Shown: positions 37,872 through 52,100, numbered from the whole stretch's first letter. The stretch: 63,085 nt of DNA, filler included, from Octopus bimaculoides (GCF_001194135.2; 6 parts of 6 records of this genome joined end to end with filler, not necessarily neighbours in it); one strand, 5' to 3'. The notes: a model not told the origin generated them from the letters alone. Translations and numbers: made by a program.

Positions 37872-40429
37872 TGTAGTGACGCCTTTGATAGCAGACGACA
37901 TTTCTGGAAAGCTTATCAAGCATGCGCAGGGACTAGTTCCGGAAGGAACACAGGAAGAGTCTCATGCGCATGCGTAGTCATCGATATCCAAGCTTCGCAC
38001 CCTTATTGATTCTCTTTCTCGCCGGCCGGCGAAGGGCCCAGACGTACAAGCAGCCTCTCTCCAACATTCCAACTCTGAAGACACCTCTCTCCAACATTCC
38101 AACTCTGGAGCTAGACAAATAACCACTAACATCATTGACGGCGTCTCAGCAACCAAAAGGGCGAAGTGCTGCCTATTTCCTCTGTAAATAAATATTGTTG
38201 TGTTGATAGTTCAGAATCTACGTTCCGTTGTTTCTTCAAGAAGTTTAATGTACGGAAGCGGGTGTACACCTAATGGTGTATAACCACTTTCCTACAATTG
38301 GTGACCCCGACTCAAGAACAAACGCAGCCCGGAGAATCCCTACAATTGGTGACCCCGANNNNNNNNNNNNNNNNNNNNNNNNNNNNNNNNNNNNNNNNNN
38401 NNNNNNNNNNNNNNNNNNNNNNNNNNNNNNNNNNNNNNNNNNNNNNNNNNNNNNNNNNNNNNNNNNNNNNNNNNNNNNNNNNNNNNNNNNNNNNNNNNNN
38501 NNNNNNNNNNNNNNNNNNNNNNNNNNNNNNNNNNNNNNNNNNNNNNNNNNNNNNNNNNNNNNNNNNNNNNNNNNNNNNNNNNNNNNNNNNNNNNNNNNNN
38601 NNNNNNNNNNNNNNNNNNNNNNNNNNNNNNNNNNNNNNNNNNNNNNNNNNNNNNNNNNNNNNNNNNNNNNNNNNNNNNNNNNNNNNNNNNNNNNNNNNNN
38701 NNNNNNNNNNNNNNNNNNNNNNNNNNNNNNNNNNNNNNNNNNNNNNNNNNNNNNNNNNNNNNNNNNNNNNNNNNNNNNNNNNNNNNNNNNNNNNNNNNNN
38801 NNNNNNNNNNNNNNNNNNNNNNNNNNNNNNNNNNNNNNNNNNNNNNNNNNNNNNNNNNNNNNNNNNNNNNNNNNNNNNNNNNNNNNNNGACGTTCAACTT
38901 CAGGATTGCCTCTACATTCTCATCCATCACAAGTAAAAAGCTAAATAAATTTTCTTACGTTAAAGTTTTTCATTTTGTCAATGACTTCCGGAGCCTATAA
39001 CCAAAGACTTCCTTACGGCTAAGACCTTTGTGGTTTTTCACACAAAAAAACTTCACGGTTATTTAATCCTAACAACTCTTTGAGTAGTTTCCTACATGTT
39101 TCACGAGACGTCAATTCATTCTTACACAGTATCCTCTACTTGCTGAAAATAGCAGTAAAAATGCACAGTTACAATCCATGGCAGGTACAACAAAGAGAGC
39201 CTATCAACATCATCACCATCACCAACAACTGCAGCAACAGCAGCAGCACCATCAACTACATACTACAAGCATCGTCGCCAATGTCAACACGACTCTACGT
39301 ACTACCAGCATCGCCAACAGCGTCAAGATGACATCATTACCACCACACACACCACTGTCAACATCATTACCACCACACGCCATCCAACCAGCCAGTTCCA
39401 GCGACGACATCAACAGCATCATTCAACTACGTCTACCACATTGTCGTCGCCAGCAACACCAACATCAACATGCGCGGTTTTTATCTCGACCCTGTTAGAG
39501 TGGATGTTTCCACTCACGATCAACAGACCAGAACTAACCAGCCAGAATATTCCGTACCAGGTAACACAGGTCCCAGCTAGCATCGACACTCAACTACAGC
39601 TCTGCTCCTTGACCGCAACTTCCTGCGTATGGACATTCTATCTCCTTGTGGAATTTTAATACGAATTTTTCTCCATCTCAGTGTTTTAAGACGTTTCAGT
39701 CTATACTACAGACACTTTTACTATGTTCTGTGTTTTCTCTCACACACACACTAGTGCACTCATATATTTTCTTTCCTTTCAGAAAAAAAAACAAAAATTC
39801 AGACTTTTACATCGCGTGATTCCAGTTTCCTGGACAGTTGTCATCACGGTTGTTTTGTCATTGTCAATTCATTTGTACATTGCATGCATGTAATTCACAA
39901 GTGTACATTCATTTCTTTGATTTTCTTTGTGTGTGTTTGTGCCACATCTTGTGGGTGGTTTCGGTGGCCATCTTGCCTCAGGCGTCCCTCCAAATTTTCT
40001 ATTTTCGTGCTTTCAGCACTCGCGGGGGAGCCATGTAATGACGCCTTTGATAGCAGACGACATTTCTGGAAAGCTTATCCACGCATGCACAGGGACTAGT
40101 TCCGGAAGGAACACAGGAAGAGTCTCATGCGCATGCGTAGTCATCGATATCCAAGCTTCGTGCCCTTATTCATTCTCTTTCTCGCCGGCCGGCGAAGGGC
40201 CCAGATGTACAAGCAGCCTCTCTCCAACATTCCAACTCTGGAGCTAGACAAATAACCACCAACATCATTGACGGCGTCTCAGCAACCAAAAGGGCGAAGT
40301 GCTGCCTATTTCCTCTGTAAATAAATATTGTTGTGTTGATAGTTCAGAATCTGCGTTCCGTTGTTTCTTCAAGAAGTTTAATGTACGGAAGCGGGTGTAC
40401 ACCTAATGGTGTATAACCACTTTCCTACA
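37872..40429 (+). mobile_element. Short (~2.6 kb including gap) LTR retrotransposon, probably Ty3/Gypsy-derived and non-autonomous
   Basis: LTR1 37872-38296 and LTR2 40034-40429 both have TGTA...TACA ends and differ by a handful of substitutions plus a ~30 bp duplication in LTR1. PBS TGGTGACCCCGAC (38299-38311) is complementary to the tRNA-Trp 3' end. A purine-rich PPT-like GGGGGAG lies just upstream of LTR2. No intact pol visible. Confidence 0.88.
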
Positions 40430-41152
40430 ANNNNNNNNNNNNNNNNNNNNNNNNNNNNNNNNNNNNNNNNNNNNNNNNNNNNNNNNNNNNNNNNNNNNNN
40501 NNNNNNNNNNNNNNNNNNNNNNNNNNNNNNNNNNNNNNNNNNNNNNNNNNNNNNNNNNNNNNNNNNNNNNNNNNNNNNNNNNNNNNNNNNNNNNNNNNNN
40601 NNNNNNNNNNNNNNNNNNNNNNNNNNNNNNNNNNNNNNNNNNNNNNNNNNNNNNNNNNNNNNNNNNNNNNNNNNNNNNNNNNNNNNNNNNNNNNNNNNNN
40701 NNNNNNNNNNNNNNNNNNNNNNNNNNNNNNNNNNNNNNNNNNNNNNNNNNNNNNNNNNNNNNNNNNNNNNNNNNNNNNNNNNNNNNNNNNNNNNNNNNNN
40801 NNNNNNNNNNNNNNNNNNNNNNNNNNNNNNNNNNNNNNNNNNNNNNNNNNNNNNNNNNNNNNNNNNNNNNNNNNNNNNNNNNNNNNNNNNNNNNNNNNNN
40901 NNNNNNNNNNNNNNNNNNNNNNNNNNNNNNNNNNNNNNNNNNNNNAATACCGGTGTTATTTAATCTGTTTGTAATTTTTTTGTACATGGTGTTTGGGTTT
41001 TGAGATGGTCTGATTTTGATGTAACACGTGTGTTTACGATCGCTGTACGGGTAGTGGAGGTATCAAGTTAAAATACATCATAATATTTGGAAAAATAGAA
41101 ATAAATTTCAATGAGTATTACTTACTCGGATATAGTCCAACCCTTTGTCAGC

Positions 41153-41200
<48 letters not shown>

Positions 41201-41202
<2 letters not shown>

Positions 41203-41686
41203 GTCTGACTTTTGCTTTACATTTGTACAAGTTAGCTCCAAGTCTCACTTCAAGAGACAATAAGAATAAGATAGAAATTCACGTTTGTGTTATACCTAGG
41301 GTGTCATATATTTGCTTTTGCACATAGAATTGTCCTCGAGAATGTTTAAGAAAATTATGAGTTTGTTTAAAATTTGAGATTACATAGACAGTATTTTACA
41401 TAGGATATGGGCAGTTCCCATGAGCACTATCTTTTGAATTTCTGCCATTTTGGGGGTTCCTGGTATCTGAGCTAGGTAGCAATTAGCCCCTTCTGCAATT
41501 ATTCCTAGGGTACCTATGGTAACAGGTATTGTTTTTGTTTTGAGGTTCTACATTTTGCCAATTTCTATTTCAAGATTTTTATACTTGCTCAGTTTTTGGT
41601 AGGTCTTAACAGATACATTTATGTTGATTGGGACAGTCATGTCAATGAGGAGGCATGATTTTTGTCTGAAGTCTTTCAGTATAATG
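41201..41686 (-). mobile_element. R4/Dong-type 3' end (RLE endonuclease plus 3' UTR)
   Basis: Minus strand IILKDFRQKSCLLIDMTVP...KLSKYKNLEIEIGKM...TIGTLG...IQKIVLMGTAHIL, ending in the (AAT)n tract at 41153-41200. Confidence 0.8.
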
Positions 41687-42588
41687 TACTCTTTTACTCT
41701 TTTACTTGTTTCAGTCATTTGACTGTGGCCATGCTGGAGTACCGCCTTTAGTCGAGTAAATCGACCCCAGGACTTATTCTTTGGATGCCTAGTACTTATT
41801 CTATCGGTCTCTTTTTGCCGAACCGCTAAGTTACGGGGACGTAAACACACCACCATCGGTTGTCAAGCAATGTTGGGGGGACAAACACAGACACACATAN
41901 NNNNNNNNNNNNNNNNNNNNNNNNNNNNNNNNNNNNNNNNNNNNNNNNNNNNNNNNNNNNNNNNNNNNNNNNNNNNNNNNNNNNNNNNNNNNNNNNNNNN
42001 NNNNNNNNNNNNNNNNNNNNNNNNNNNNNNNNNNNNNNNNNNNNNNNNNNNNNNNNNNNNNNNNNNNNNNNNNNNNNNNNNNNNNNNNNNNNNNNNNNNN
42101 NNNNNNNNNNNNNNNNNNNNNNNNNNNNNNNNNNNNNNNNNNNNNNNNNNNNNNNNNNNNNNNNNNNNNNNNNNNNNNNNNNNNNNNNNNNNNNNNNNNN
42201 NNNNNNNNNNNNNNNNNNNNNNNNNNNNNNNNNNNNNNNNNNNNNNNNNNNNNNNNNNNNNNNNNNNNNNNNNNNNNNNNNNNNNNNNNNNNNNNNNNNN
42301 NNNNNNNNNNNNNNNNNNNNNNNNNNNNNNNNNNNNNNNNNNNNNNNNNNNNNNNNNNNTGAACCAGTTGAAGACACACAAGATGTTGAAATATCATTCA
42401 TTAGATAACAATGGCACTCTTCTTTTAATTTTGACTCTATATCCTCAGGAGGAGTTACCTTAATCCTTTATCTATTAACCATAATGAAGTAGATTGACAA
42501 ATATATTTTTTGAACCAGTTGAAGACACACAAGATGTCGAAATATCGTTCACTAGATAACAAAGGCACTCTTCTTTTAATTTTGACTC

Positions 42589-42648
<60 letters not shown>

Positions 42649-42739
42649 CATTATTATTATTTGTGTTGGACATATATCACATTAGCACTCAAAGTTTTGT
42701 TGCATTATTGTGTACACTTGTTAATTTTTGTTAAAAGTT

Positions 42740-44540
42740 TAAATAAGGTCCCCTACTTCTCTCAATAAACCAAGGAACCACATTCAATGAGGTGATAGCA
42801 AGAAAATTTCATACGATCATCAGTTTCATAAGAGAGCAAATGTTTGAGAACAACGATAATTCTTACAGCAATGTTTTTAACAATACAAGCGACAACAAAA
42901 GTAATAACAATAGCAGCAGTAGCAACAGTAAAAGTATTAAGAACAACAACATAAATAATAGGGGCAACTCCACAGAAAGGCAATCTTTTGCTAGAGTGGC
43001 AATGAAATTAACAAAATATTTTTTGCTCTCTCTAAACATGGAGTTATACTTGATACAGGTAAAACAACTCATGAAGGGGAACAGCAGGAGGGCACAAGTT
43101 GCCATCCCAATTGAGGTTTTGGCAGTAACTGCACAGAAGACAATGGTGCATTGCTGTGTGTTGACTAAAATCCAATACCTAGAAGCAATGACACATGTCC
43201 AGGTGGAAAATGTCCTGAAAGAAATATTGACAGGTGTGAATCATGTGACCAGAGCATAACAGCTTGGAAGTGTAGAGGTCTTCTTCAAGAGTGAAGCACT
43301 CCATAGCTTCCATATGTAACAGGGAACTCACTCTCTAGCCAGTGTATTTAACAAGAACCTGCTGTACTAAAATAGAGAGTTCAGTCTAAGTTGGACATCT
43401 GGTGGTTGTTGGCCTGTGTTACTTTGGAAGGTAATGGCATCCTCCTCAACACTAAATAAATGGAGAAGGAGTTTTGATCTGGGAACACAGTCAAGATACA
43501 CTTCCAGATCAAACTGGTGAAGATGGAGAAGGTTCCAGATCTTATACACCTGCCAAATGGACAGGAGTTGCATGTTGAGTTGGGCGAAGAAGGCCAAGAT
43601 ATCACTTATGCAATACAGAGGGCCACTTCAAAACTTTCTGTTCTGAACAAAAATAATAGAGGAGAGGCCTTCAACTACTGCTAACACCACAGCCTCAACA
43701 GCAACAATGTACTGCAGTAACATTAATAATAATGAAGGGAAGAAGAACAATGGCAACAGTAACAACAGCAAGACCGGCAACAGCAATAATGACATCTGGA
43801 ATAACAGAAACTAAACCCACCACATAGAAAATTCTCCAACCTAACTTCCTCTCTCCCCTCTTTTTCAAACACACTCATGGACACACACTGAAAACATACT
43901 TCCAACTGTTCCTGCACCAATATAGATATATTATCTTGTGAGGAAGAGGGACAACTGAGTAAATCAGATAAAGAACCACACAACCATGACAGCATCAATG
44001 AAACCATACCAAAACCAAACAAAGATAAATCTACAAGCAAAGGTGGTGTTTTAAACTAGCTGACTTGTATGCTCAGACTGGGTTAGGCAGCTGGATTTCT
44101 TTAGATGTCTGGAGCTTTTCCTGAGAATGTTACATTCTTTACTGATAGTAGGTGATTTGAATGCCACCTTAGGTGCATGACTAAATTATATGGGTGTAGC
44201 TGATAGGAAAATGGGGTGGGGTGGGGGCATAGAAGCCACACAAACCAGTCCGGTTGTTTCCAACTGGTTGGACACAGGCAAACAGCATTGGGTTATCCAG
44301 ATCACATCTAGATAGAGTATTCTGTAGGCCAGCAGATAGGGGTAGCATTGGTTGTTCACAATTCAAAATGTTTGGCTACACAGATAACAAATTTAACTCT
44401 TGATATATTTCAACACTAAGCACAAACGTGCAGTGTTAGAGTTTCATTGGCTCTCCCAATTTATTATTCACCTAGAGGACTGACTGTTTTGTTTATTTAT
44501 TTATCATTTGAGTGGACAGAATCATTAGAGCATTGGGAAA
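42740..44540 (+). mobile_element. L1/Tx1-like LINE 5' part (ORF1 remnant plus APE endonuclease), decayed
   Basis: PDLIHLPNGQEL (ORF1-like), then APE-like motifs LYAQTG, VGDLNATL and SRSHLDRVFC. Many stops. Confidence 0.55.
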
Positions 44541-44739
44541 AAATGCCTAACTGCAGTTGTTTGACTCTTTCAGAGTGCAAATCCCACTAAGGTTAATGTT
44601 GCCTTTCACCCTTTCAAGGTCAATAAAATAAGTACCAGTTAAGCAATGAGGGTTAATGTAATTGACTTACACCCTCCCCATAATTGCTGGCCTCGTACCA
44701 AAATTTGAAATCATCATCATCATTATTATCATTATTATT

Positions 44740-45291
44740 GAGTGAGAGAGCAGTGCATGCCATCAAAGTGACACTGGGGTAAGATATATGAAGCCCAGTA
44801 TAAACATCATGACTACCTATCTGATAAGGATAAACCAGGCACATGCATCGCAACCATATGTGTGCGACATAGTGACCTTATATCATGATAAACAATGCAT
44901 AACCTTGCAGGTGAGCCCAGTTAGAATTTTTTTCAGGTTGAGTAGCCCATACTGCTCAAAAGGTCCCTGAATAGGGGTTGTTTAAGGATGATGAACAAAG
45001 CACCCATGTTTCCAAAGGTGAATTATCCAAACCCCAAAGAATTCCTCTCAACACATGGTTATCATGCTCCCCCACTACTTCTGCTTGTGATCAGAGATGC
45101 ACATATCATCAGCCATTAAGGGACATGCTCAACTGGTTAAGGTCAAACAACTGACAAGCAAATCTGTGGTACTGAGCAGAATATTTACTGTAGCCCATCT
45201 TTTATACCAAGACAAAACAATGTACTTGATAACACTTTCAATCAGTTAAGATCAAAGTCATGAGAGCCACTGCCTTGTACTGCATCAGGGG
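44740..45291 (-). mobile_element. Same ~550 bp element, copy 2
   Basis: Reverse complement of 57258-57806, with (ATT)n-rich tracts on both sides. Confidence 0.85.
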
Positions 45292-46299
45292 ATTTACTAT
45301 TATTATTACTATTACTATTATTATTATTCATCTTTATTGTCATTATCATCATCCCCATCTTCATCTGACACTGCCAGATACCATGTATATAAATTAGTTG
45401 AAGAAATAGGAGAAAAATAACAATAACAAGAGCACTCAGAGAGCACAAACCTCTACCAAGGCAACACCAACATCCTCTCAACGATTAGCCAGAGATGATT
45501 TTTAAAATGAGAATATCTGAAATAAAGTCAACTGCTTTCACAAACAAGAATACTAAAAATGAACCCGACCGCTCTCAAAAATTAAGTAAAAAAAAAAGGA
45601 GAATCCTTGTCTGGTACTGGATCGATCCCAAAATTTAATGCCAGTTATGAGGCCAAACAACCCTGAAAGTTTCATCTGAATTCATCCAGCGGTTCTTGAG
45701 ATATCTTGTCCATGGACAAACAAACAAACACAACTGTAAATAATACCTCCACCTTCGCTAAGGTGGAGGTAATAATAATAATAACAATGATAGTCACATT
45801 GTATTACAACACATTGGAACACGTTCTCTCACCATCGTCTTCTCCCTCTTTCTCCCTTTTTCCTCTAGTTGTCGCTGTTGTTCTTTTTTTTCTTCTTTAT
45901 CTTTTGCTCCATCTTTTTACTACATGTTCATGTTCCTTATTTACCTAGGCATGTGACACTCACCCCTTCACCAATATCATAATTGAAGCTGAAAAATCAA
46001 AGCACAGAAGTAGGGCTGTTGGCAAATAAGCTGGCAGTCCCACAGAGCTTACTCTTGAAGAGGGTGTTTTTCTTGCTACTTGGTCGTCCTACAGGAGGTA
46101 AAACAAGACCTATCTAAGGGTGGATGAACTCTAAGGAGTCAACAGCCATCCATTACTGGTACTGCCGATGAAGCCATTACCACTTAGAACAGCAGTAATA
46201 ATAGTAGAGAACAAAACTGGCAGAGAACATTTTCATGGGGTTAAATCTACCACAGAAGGAAGAGGTCTCCTTAGTGTTGGCTACAGGACCTTAGAGATG

Positions 46300-47330
46300 G
46301 TGTCTCGATAAAAACACTGGTGGCTGTGACACCACACCAACAATATCCTCTTTAAAAATGTAATGTCAAATAAAACTCATTACAACTGCATTAATGAGAC
46401 ACAAACCCTGAGCAAAGGTCTCTTGCACAGCAAGTGTTTCACTGCTCAGAAGTGTGGACCTGGTTGTTATCCAAATAATGCAATAAAGATTAGGAGAAAA
46501 TGTACTCAAAATGACAACAGAACTGTAATTACAGAAGTGAGTCTACAAAAATTGGAGACCAAAAAAAAAAAAAAATGCATAAAATCAGGACAGAGAAAGA
46601 TATGTTCCCTATCATGGAACAAAGACTTTCAGACCAGATCAATTTAATCATGAAAAGGCAGTGATTATGCCAGCTGGAACTGGAGGAGATCTCCACCATA
46701 GTGAAAAAGTGTGAACATGACTACATTGAATATGAAGAACAAAAAGCAGAACAAGAACAGAGATTTGTAGAGGGACAAATAAATCCCCACAAAGAAACAG
46801 CTGCCTGGAAGAAGGTAAATTTTATTTTGTGGGGGGAAAGACTTTTACTGTAGAAGAAAGAAGCTTATTACTACAACTGAATGAGGTATAAAATAGCAAA
46901 AGAAAGAGGTTACCAGCCCTGAGAGGTTACCAGCCCTTCTTTATTGAAATAAAGAAATTATATAAAGTAGTGAAAAAAACAGACGAATTATTTGGGAAAA
47001 TCTACATAAAAAATATAACAAATCTAATTGACCTTATTATATACTGTGCAACCTATCGCTGTGCAAACCCTTGGGGTTAAAAGTCAAAGGAAAACAATGG
47101 ACAAAGACTCATAGAGGAAACGGAGGCTTGAGAACCAAACTGAACAGCTCAAGAGAGCTCTTGGACAGTTAAGTGCAATCACAAAAAAGAAGAGGTGAAG
47201 GAAAGACACAACAAACTGCAAAGGAAACACAGCATAAGACAGAAAGGACTACAAGTAGTTAAAGAGGAATTAAAACAAAAAATCAAAACAGAGTTGAGTA
47301 AAAAAAAATTGTTGAGAGAGGGGAATTTTT
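46300..47330 (+). mobile_element. R4/Dong-type N-terminal (pre-RT) ORF remnant
   Basis: Decayed frames include MEQRLSDQINLIMKRQ*LCQLELEEI and ...RKHSIRQKGLQVVKEELKQKI, which resemble the region preceding the RT in this clade. Confidence 0.6.
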
Positions 47331-48199
47331 TAAATACAAAATGGGTATGAAAACTATACCACTGGGCCATAAATGACATCCTCAGGCTATAGGATTGTTT
47401 CTAGGTCATTACACTTCATCAGGTATGATAATCCATCATTTATAACCCACAAAGAACTGCCATTCTTATAATTGAACTGCAAATAGTAAATTTTCTAATG
47501 AGTGCAAAGCTTTGTCAAAATGGAATTAATTAACTAGAGGTACACTAAACAGCACTGATTAAAATCAAGGTGTGTATGTATATATATATATATATAACAC
47601 ATTCATGTTATTTTCATTGCAGTACTTGTGAAAAGAAGTATAATTGCAGGGAAGGGTAACTTGATATCAGAGGGATGAGAACAGAAAAAAGGTGTTTCAC
47701 AAATTTTAAAAGTTTTACATACACATACTTAGCATTTTTCACATCCAAAATGGCTACTGTATACAATTATGCCACAACAAAACACAATAGCAAAAAACAA
47801 CATAAAATGAAAACACAATAAATGCACAAAAGAAAGAAGAAAATGAACAATTTAGTAAACAGCAGCAGCATTAAGAACAGCAACAACAGCTCTGACTTAA
47901 TTTCAAACAGTACAGTCTGTTCATAAAGTAGTTGTGTGAAACCTTCCTCCAGTGCTAAATGAACCACCACATTTTTGGACATACCACAGTTACAAGAAGA
48001 GTATTGTAGATAGTAGGATTTTGTAAAGCCCTTTTCTTTTTGGCCACAGAAGATTATTCATGAAAGGGTAAAGAAGAAACTTTAACAGCTCTGTCAAAAA
48101 AAAAAAAAAAAAAAAAAGATGGTCTAAATTTTCTCTTATATCAAGTATTACAACACACCATCCAAATTATATTGAGAAATAATCTCAGTTGGAAACGGT

Positions 48200-48700
48200 A
48201 AAAATTATGGCACCATTTGCTGTACCTTTAAAACTGAAAATGTAGCCAAATGCAGGCTGCAGTTGTCGGACATGCCTTTGACTATACTTTTGTGCCTCAT
48301 TCAAAGAAATACAAAAATTACAATAAAAGAGGTTGGATTTGACATAGACTCATGGCTAAGAGTGACCTTCTTGTAACAGTAGTTAAAGGAAGCTTAAAGA
48401 AAGGAGACATGTTGTGGGGCATCAAAATGGGCTTGGAAAACCTAATAACCCTCAAAAGCAAAAGAGCAATGCCAGAAATGTGTTCAGTAGAAGGCAGATT
48501 GATGATACCTAGTAGAAAGCCTAGATTCTATGTTTGTCAGAGTAAAAATCAACCTTAGAACTGAATGCCCCAAAGGACTAGGAAACCTTAGTAAATTTAG
48601 TGAATCCAAAAAAGAGAAGAGCAAAAAAAAAAAAAAGGAAAAAGAACAACAGTGTTTCCACAACACAGCTAGGCAAAACTCTGGAGGTAGCAAAACTAAT
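48200..48700 (+). mobile_element. Tx1-like ORF1 zinc-knuckle remnant
   Basis: ...SRKPRFYVCQSKN(fs)LRTECPKG resembles a degraded CCHC knuckle. Confidence 0.4.
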
Positions 48701-49676
48701 ATCTTTAGGCCTAGTATCACAAATAGATGAAAACACCTCATCTATTAACAGTACCAACCTATAGTACCACATCTTCATAGAGTAATGAAGAAGAAATAAC
48801 TATAGAGGAAGATATGAAAAAAAAGAGGAAAAAAAAAGCTATCCCCCAAAAATGCTACAAACACAAGTGAGGAATAATTTCTTGTAAATGAAAATGAAAT
48901 CCTGCCTAAAGAAAATAGAAAAGAAAATGCACAGGACAATGCAAACCAAGCAATTTATGACTTGTGCAACCACTCATCACTTCCTATATTATCAGCCATT
49001 ATCAGCTTTTTGCAGAACCTCTAACATCTCCACCATTTGTTGAGGCAGATTTTCTACTGCTGAATGCCCTTCTTGTTGCCAACTCTCACTTGTTTCCGTG
49101 CAATGTAATACTTTTCCATGGCCTGACATGTCTCCATAGAAGATTGAAAACAAATGACAATTATGACACAATATCAAGACAAAGAGACACAAAAATACAT
49201 TCCCCCCATGCCTAATATATGTGATGGGCTTCTTTCAGTTTTCATTGACCAGTTCCACTCACAATGCTTTGGTTCACTTAAGACTATGGTAGAAGACACC
49301 TACTCAAGGTGGCATGCAGTGGAGCTGAACCCAAACCATATAGTTGGGAAGAGAATATAGTCATGGTGCACCTTAGTCACTTACACACATGCGTGCATGC
49401 ACACACAGAGGCAGAAGAGAGGAGTGAAGATGAGATATACTGAAGCTGGATGAGGTAGTTGTGAAATCCCATTACTTATTTCATTACAGTATGTTGCCTT
49501 GCCATCTCTCTCTTTCTGGGCATGTGAGCATATGTGGATGATTTGTCATTTCCTGTTTGTGTGTGTGTTTTTTTTATTTCATCTGTATTTGTGTGGCTGG
49601 ATGTGTATGCATGGGTGTTTTCTTTTCTATTTGAGGAAATATGTGTAAGTATGTGAGTATTTGGTTNNNNNNNNNN

Positions 49677-49727
<51 letters not shown>

Positions 49728-51104
49728 CGCATGCGCGCATGTGTTTAAGTGTGATTGTGTGCAATGCTGTCAATTGATTAAATTCAAAATATAAGGAAGA
49801 TCTCTTCAGTGACAAAGCTGAGAATGACTGGTAGGGAGCTTGCTAATTCCTGAAAATGTGTCTGTAGCATGGTAGTATGAAGGAAAGTGGAGTGATTGTC
49901 AATGTGACGGTAGCAGTGTGGTATTGGGAAATGAGTGGAGGTGATGATATGGGATGATAGTGGCATGCTGAACATAAAAAGAGTAATAAGTAATCTATTA
50001 AAAAGGATAAGTAGCGTCAAAATCAGTGTAATGGTGGTGAATAAGAAAGAATGACCAGTTAAGTTGTGGTTTCTTTACCGGTGGAGTATCCTCCCCTACT
50101 GCCCTACTCAGGTGAGTTTGATGATAGTAGAGTTGTTGAGACAATGGTGTTGGTAGTAGTGGTGGTGATAATGATATAGTGATGGCAAAAATGTAGTAGT
50201 TGTGATGGTGGGTAAAAATGGTGGTAGTAACAGGAAATGAGGGTGGCAGTGGTTGTGATGATGAAGATTTAGTAGTGAAAGTGGTAGTGATGGAAGAAGT
50301 GGAAGTGGTGGGGTTGAAATGGAGTGATGGTGAAAGTAGTAGCAGCGTTGGTAAATTCATGATGATTTAGCAGTGGAAGTGAGTATAATAATGGTAGTAG
50401 AGGAGATTAGTTACCCTTTTATCATAATGTAAGCATTAATTGGTCACCTTAAAGTAAAATAAGAAAGAGGGAGAGAGAGAGAAAGAGAGAGGAACGAAAG
50501 GGAGAGAGGAGTGACTGAGTGAAAGAGGAGTGACTGAGTGAGAGAGACAGACAGACAAAGAAAGAAAGCAGTGAGGAGAAACACAGCAACAAAAAGTGAA
50601 CATGGACAACTACAAAACACACACAATCCAAATCAAGGAGCTGCAAGGACCTTCTAGCATTAGTAAGCAAATTTTCTTTGAATAATAACAATAATGCTTT
50701 TTACAACAGCAGTGGTTCCCAAAGTGGGTGTACCACATCCTGGCAGTGGGGGTAAAAATCTAAGTACATTGGTTGGCAATGCCCACCTACTTACTTTCCT
50801 CAGGTTTAGAAAATAGTGCTTAAAAACTGAAATGTAAAAAATTACATTCTCAAAACAAGAACAAAGAATAAAAATAAATAACCCCCTCCCACAAAAAGTT
50901 TACTGAGGAAGCTGATCATAAAATTCCCAAAAGAATTCCCTAGAAAGATATATTACTGACCAAAGAGTAGCATTTTTTTCAACAGTCGAAAAAATTGATG
51001 TAAACATATTCTGTTGAGCTGATGAGCTAACCTTCTATACCTGCATTTGTTTGTAAAATATATAATTGTACTATGCAGCTTATAACATACACATTAATGC
51101 AGAC

Positions 51105-52100
51105 ATCATCATCATCATCATCGTTTAACATCCGCTTTCCATGCTGGCATGGGTTGGACGGTTTGACTGAGGGCTGGCAAGCCAGAAGGCTGCACCAGGC
51201 TCCAATCTAATCTGGTAGCTGGATACCCTTCCTAATGCCAACCACTCTGAGAGTGTAGTGGGTGCTTTTTACGTATCACCAGCACAGGAGCCAGTTAGGT
51301 GGCACTGGTGACGACCATGCTCGAATGGTGCTTTTTACATGCCACTGGCACAGGACCAGTCAGCCAGCACTGGCATCAACCACACATGAATGGTGCTTTT
51401 TACATGCCACCAGCATGGGTCCCAATCAGGTGGTACTGTCATCGGCCATGACAACGACTTCACTTGACTCAACAGATCTTCACAAGCGCAGTTTATTGCC
51501 CAATGATTGAAGGGTACTCTTAGATGGGCCAGTTATGCTGCACTGGTATAGGCCATGGTTATGGTCTCATTGGCTTGCCGGGTCTTCTCAAGTACAGCAT
51601 ATCTCCAAAGGTCTCCGTCACTTGTCATTGCTTCTGTGAGGCCCAACATTCAAAGGTCATGCTTCACAACCTCATCCCAAGTCTTCCTGAGTCTACCTCT
51701 TCCACAGGTTCCTTCTACTGCTAGGGTGTGACACTTTTTCACAAAGCTGTCCTCATCCATATGCAACACATGACCAAACCAGCACAATCATCTCTCTTGC
51801 ACACCACATCTGATGCTTCTTACGTCCAACTTTTCTCTCGGGTTGCTTACACTCTGTCAAGTATGCACACTGACATTACACATCCAGTGGAGCATACTAG
51901 CTTCATTCCTTGCAAGCTTACACATGTCATCAGCAGTAACAGCCCATGTTTCACTGCCATGTAGCATGGCTGTTTACACACATGCATCATACAATCTAGC
52001 TTTTACTCTGAGTGAGAAGTCTTTTGTCACCAGCAGAGGTAGCAGCACTCTGAGCCTTGTCCAGGCTATTCTTATTCTAGCAGCTACACTCTCAGAACAT
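51105..52100 (-). mobile_element. RTE LINE 3' ~1 kb with 3' UTR and (ATG)n tail
   Basis: Same RTE C-terminal peptide as 32360, decayed on the minus strand, followed by the 3' UTR shared with the short RTE-end copies; (CAT)n at 51105-51122. Confidence 0.85.

Noticed and set aside
38291-38358. CRISPR-like repeat-spacer reading of the repeated PBS
   Set aside because: Eukaryotic context, no cas genes, only two units, and the repeat is explained as LTR end plus PBS.
47395-47430. Minus-strand CUGAUGA...GAAAC motif
   Set aside because: Stems I-III are mismatched; too degenerate to call.
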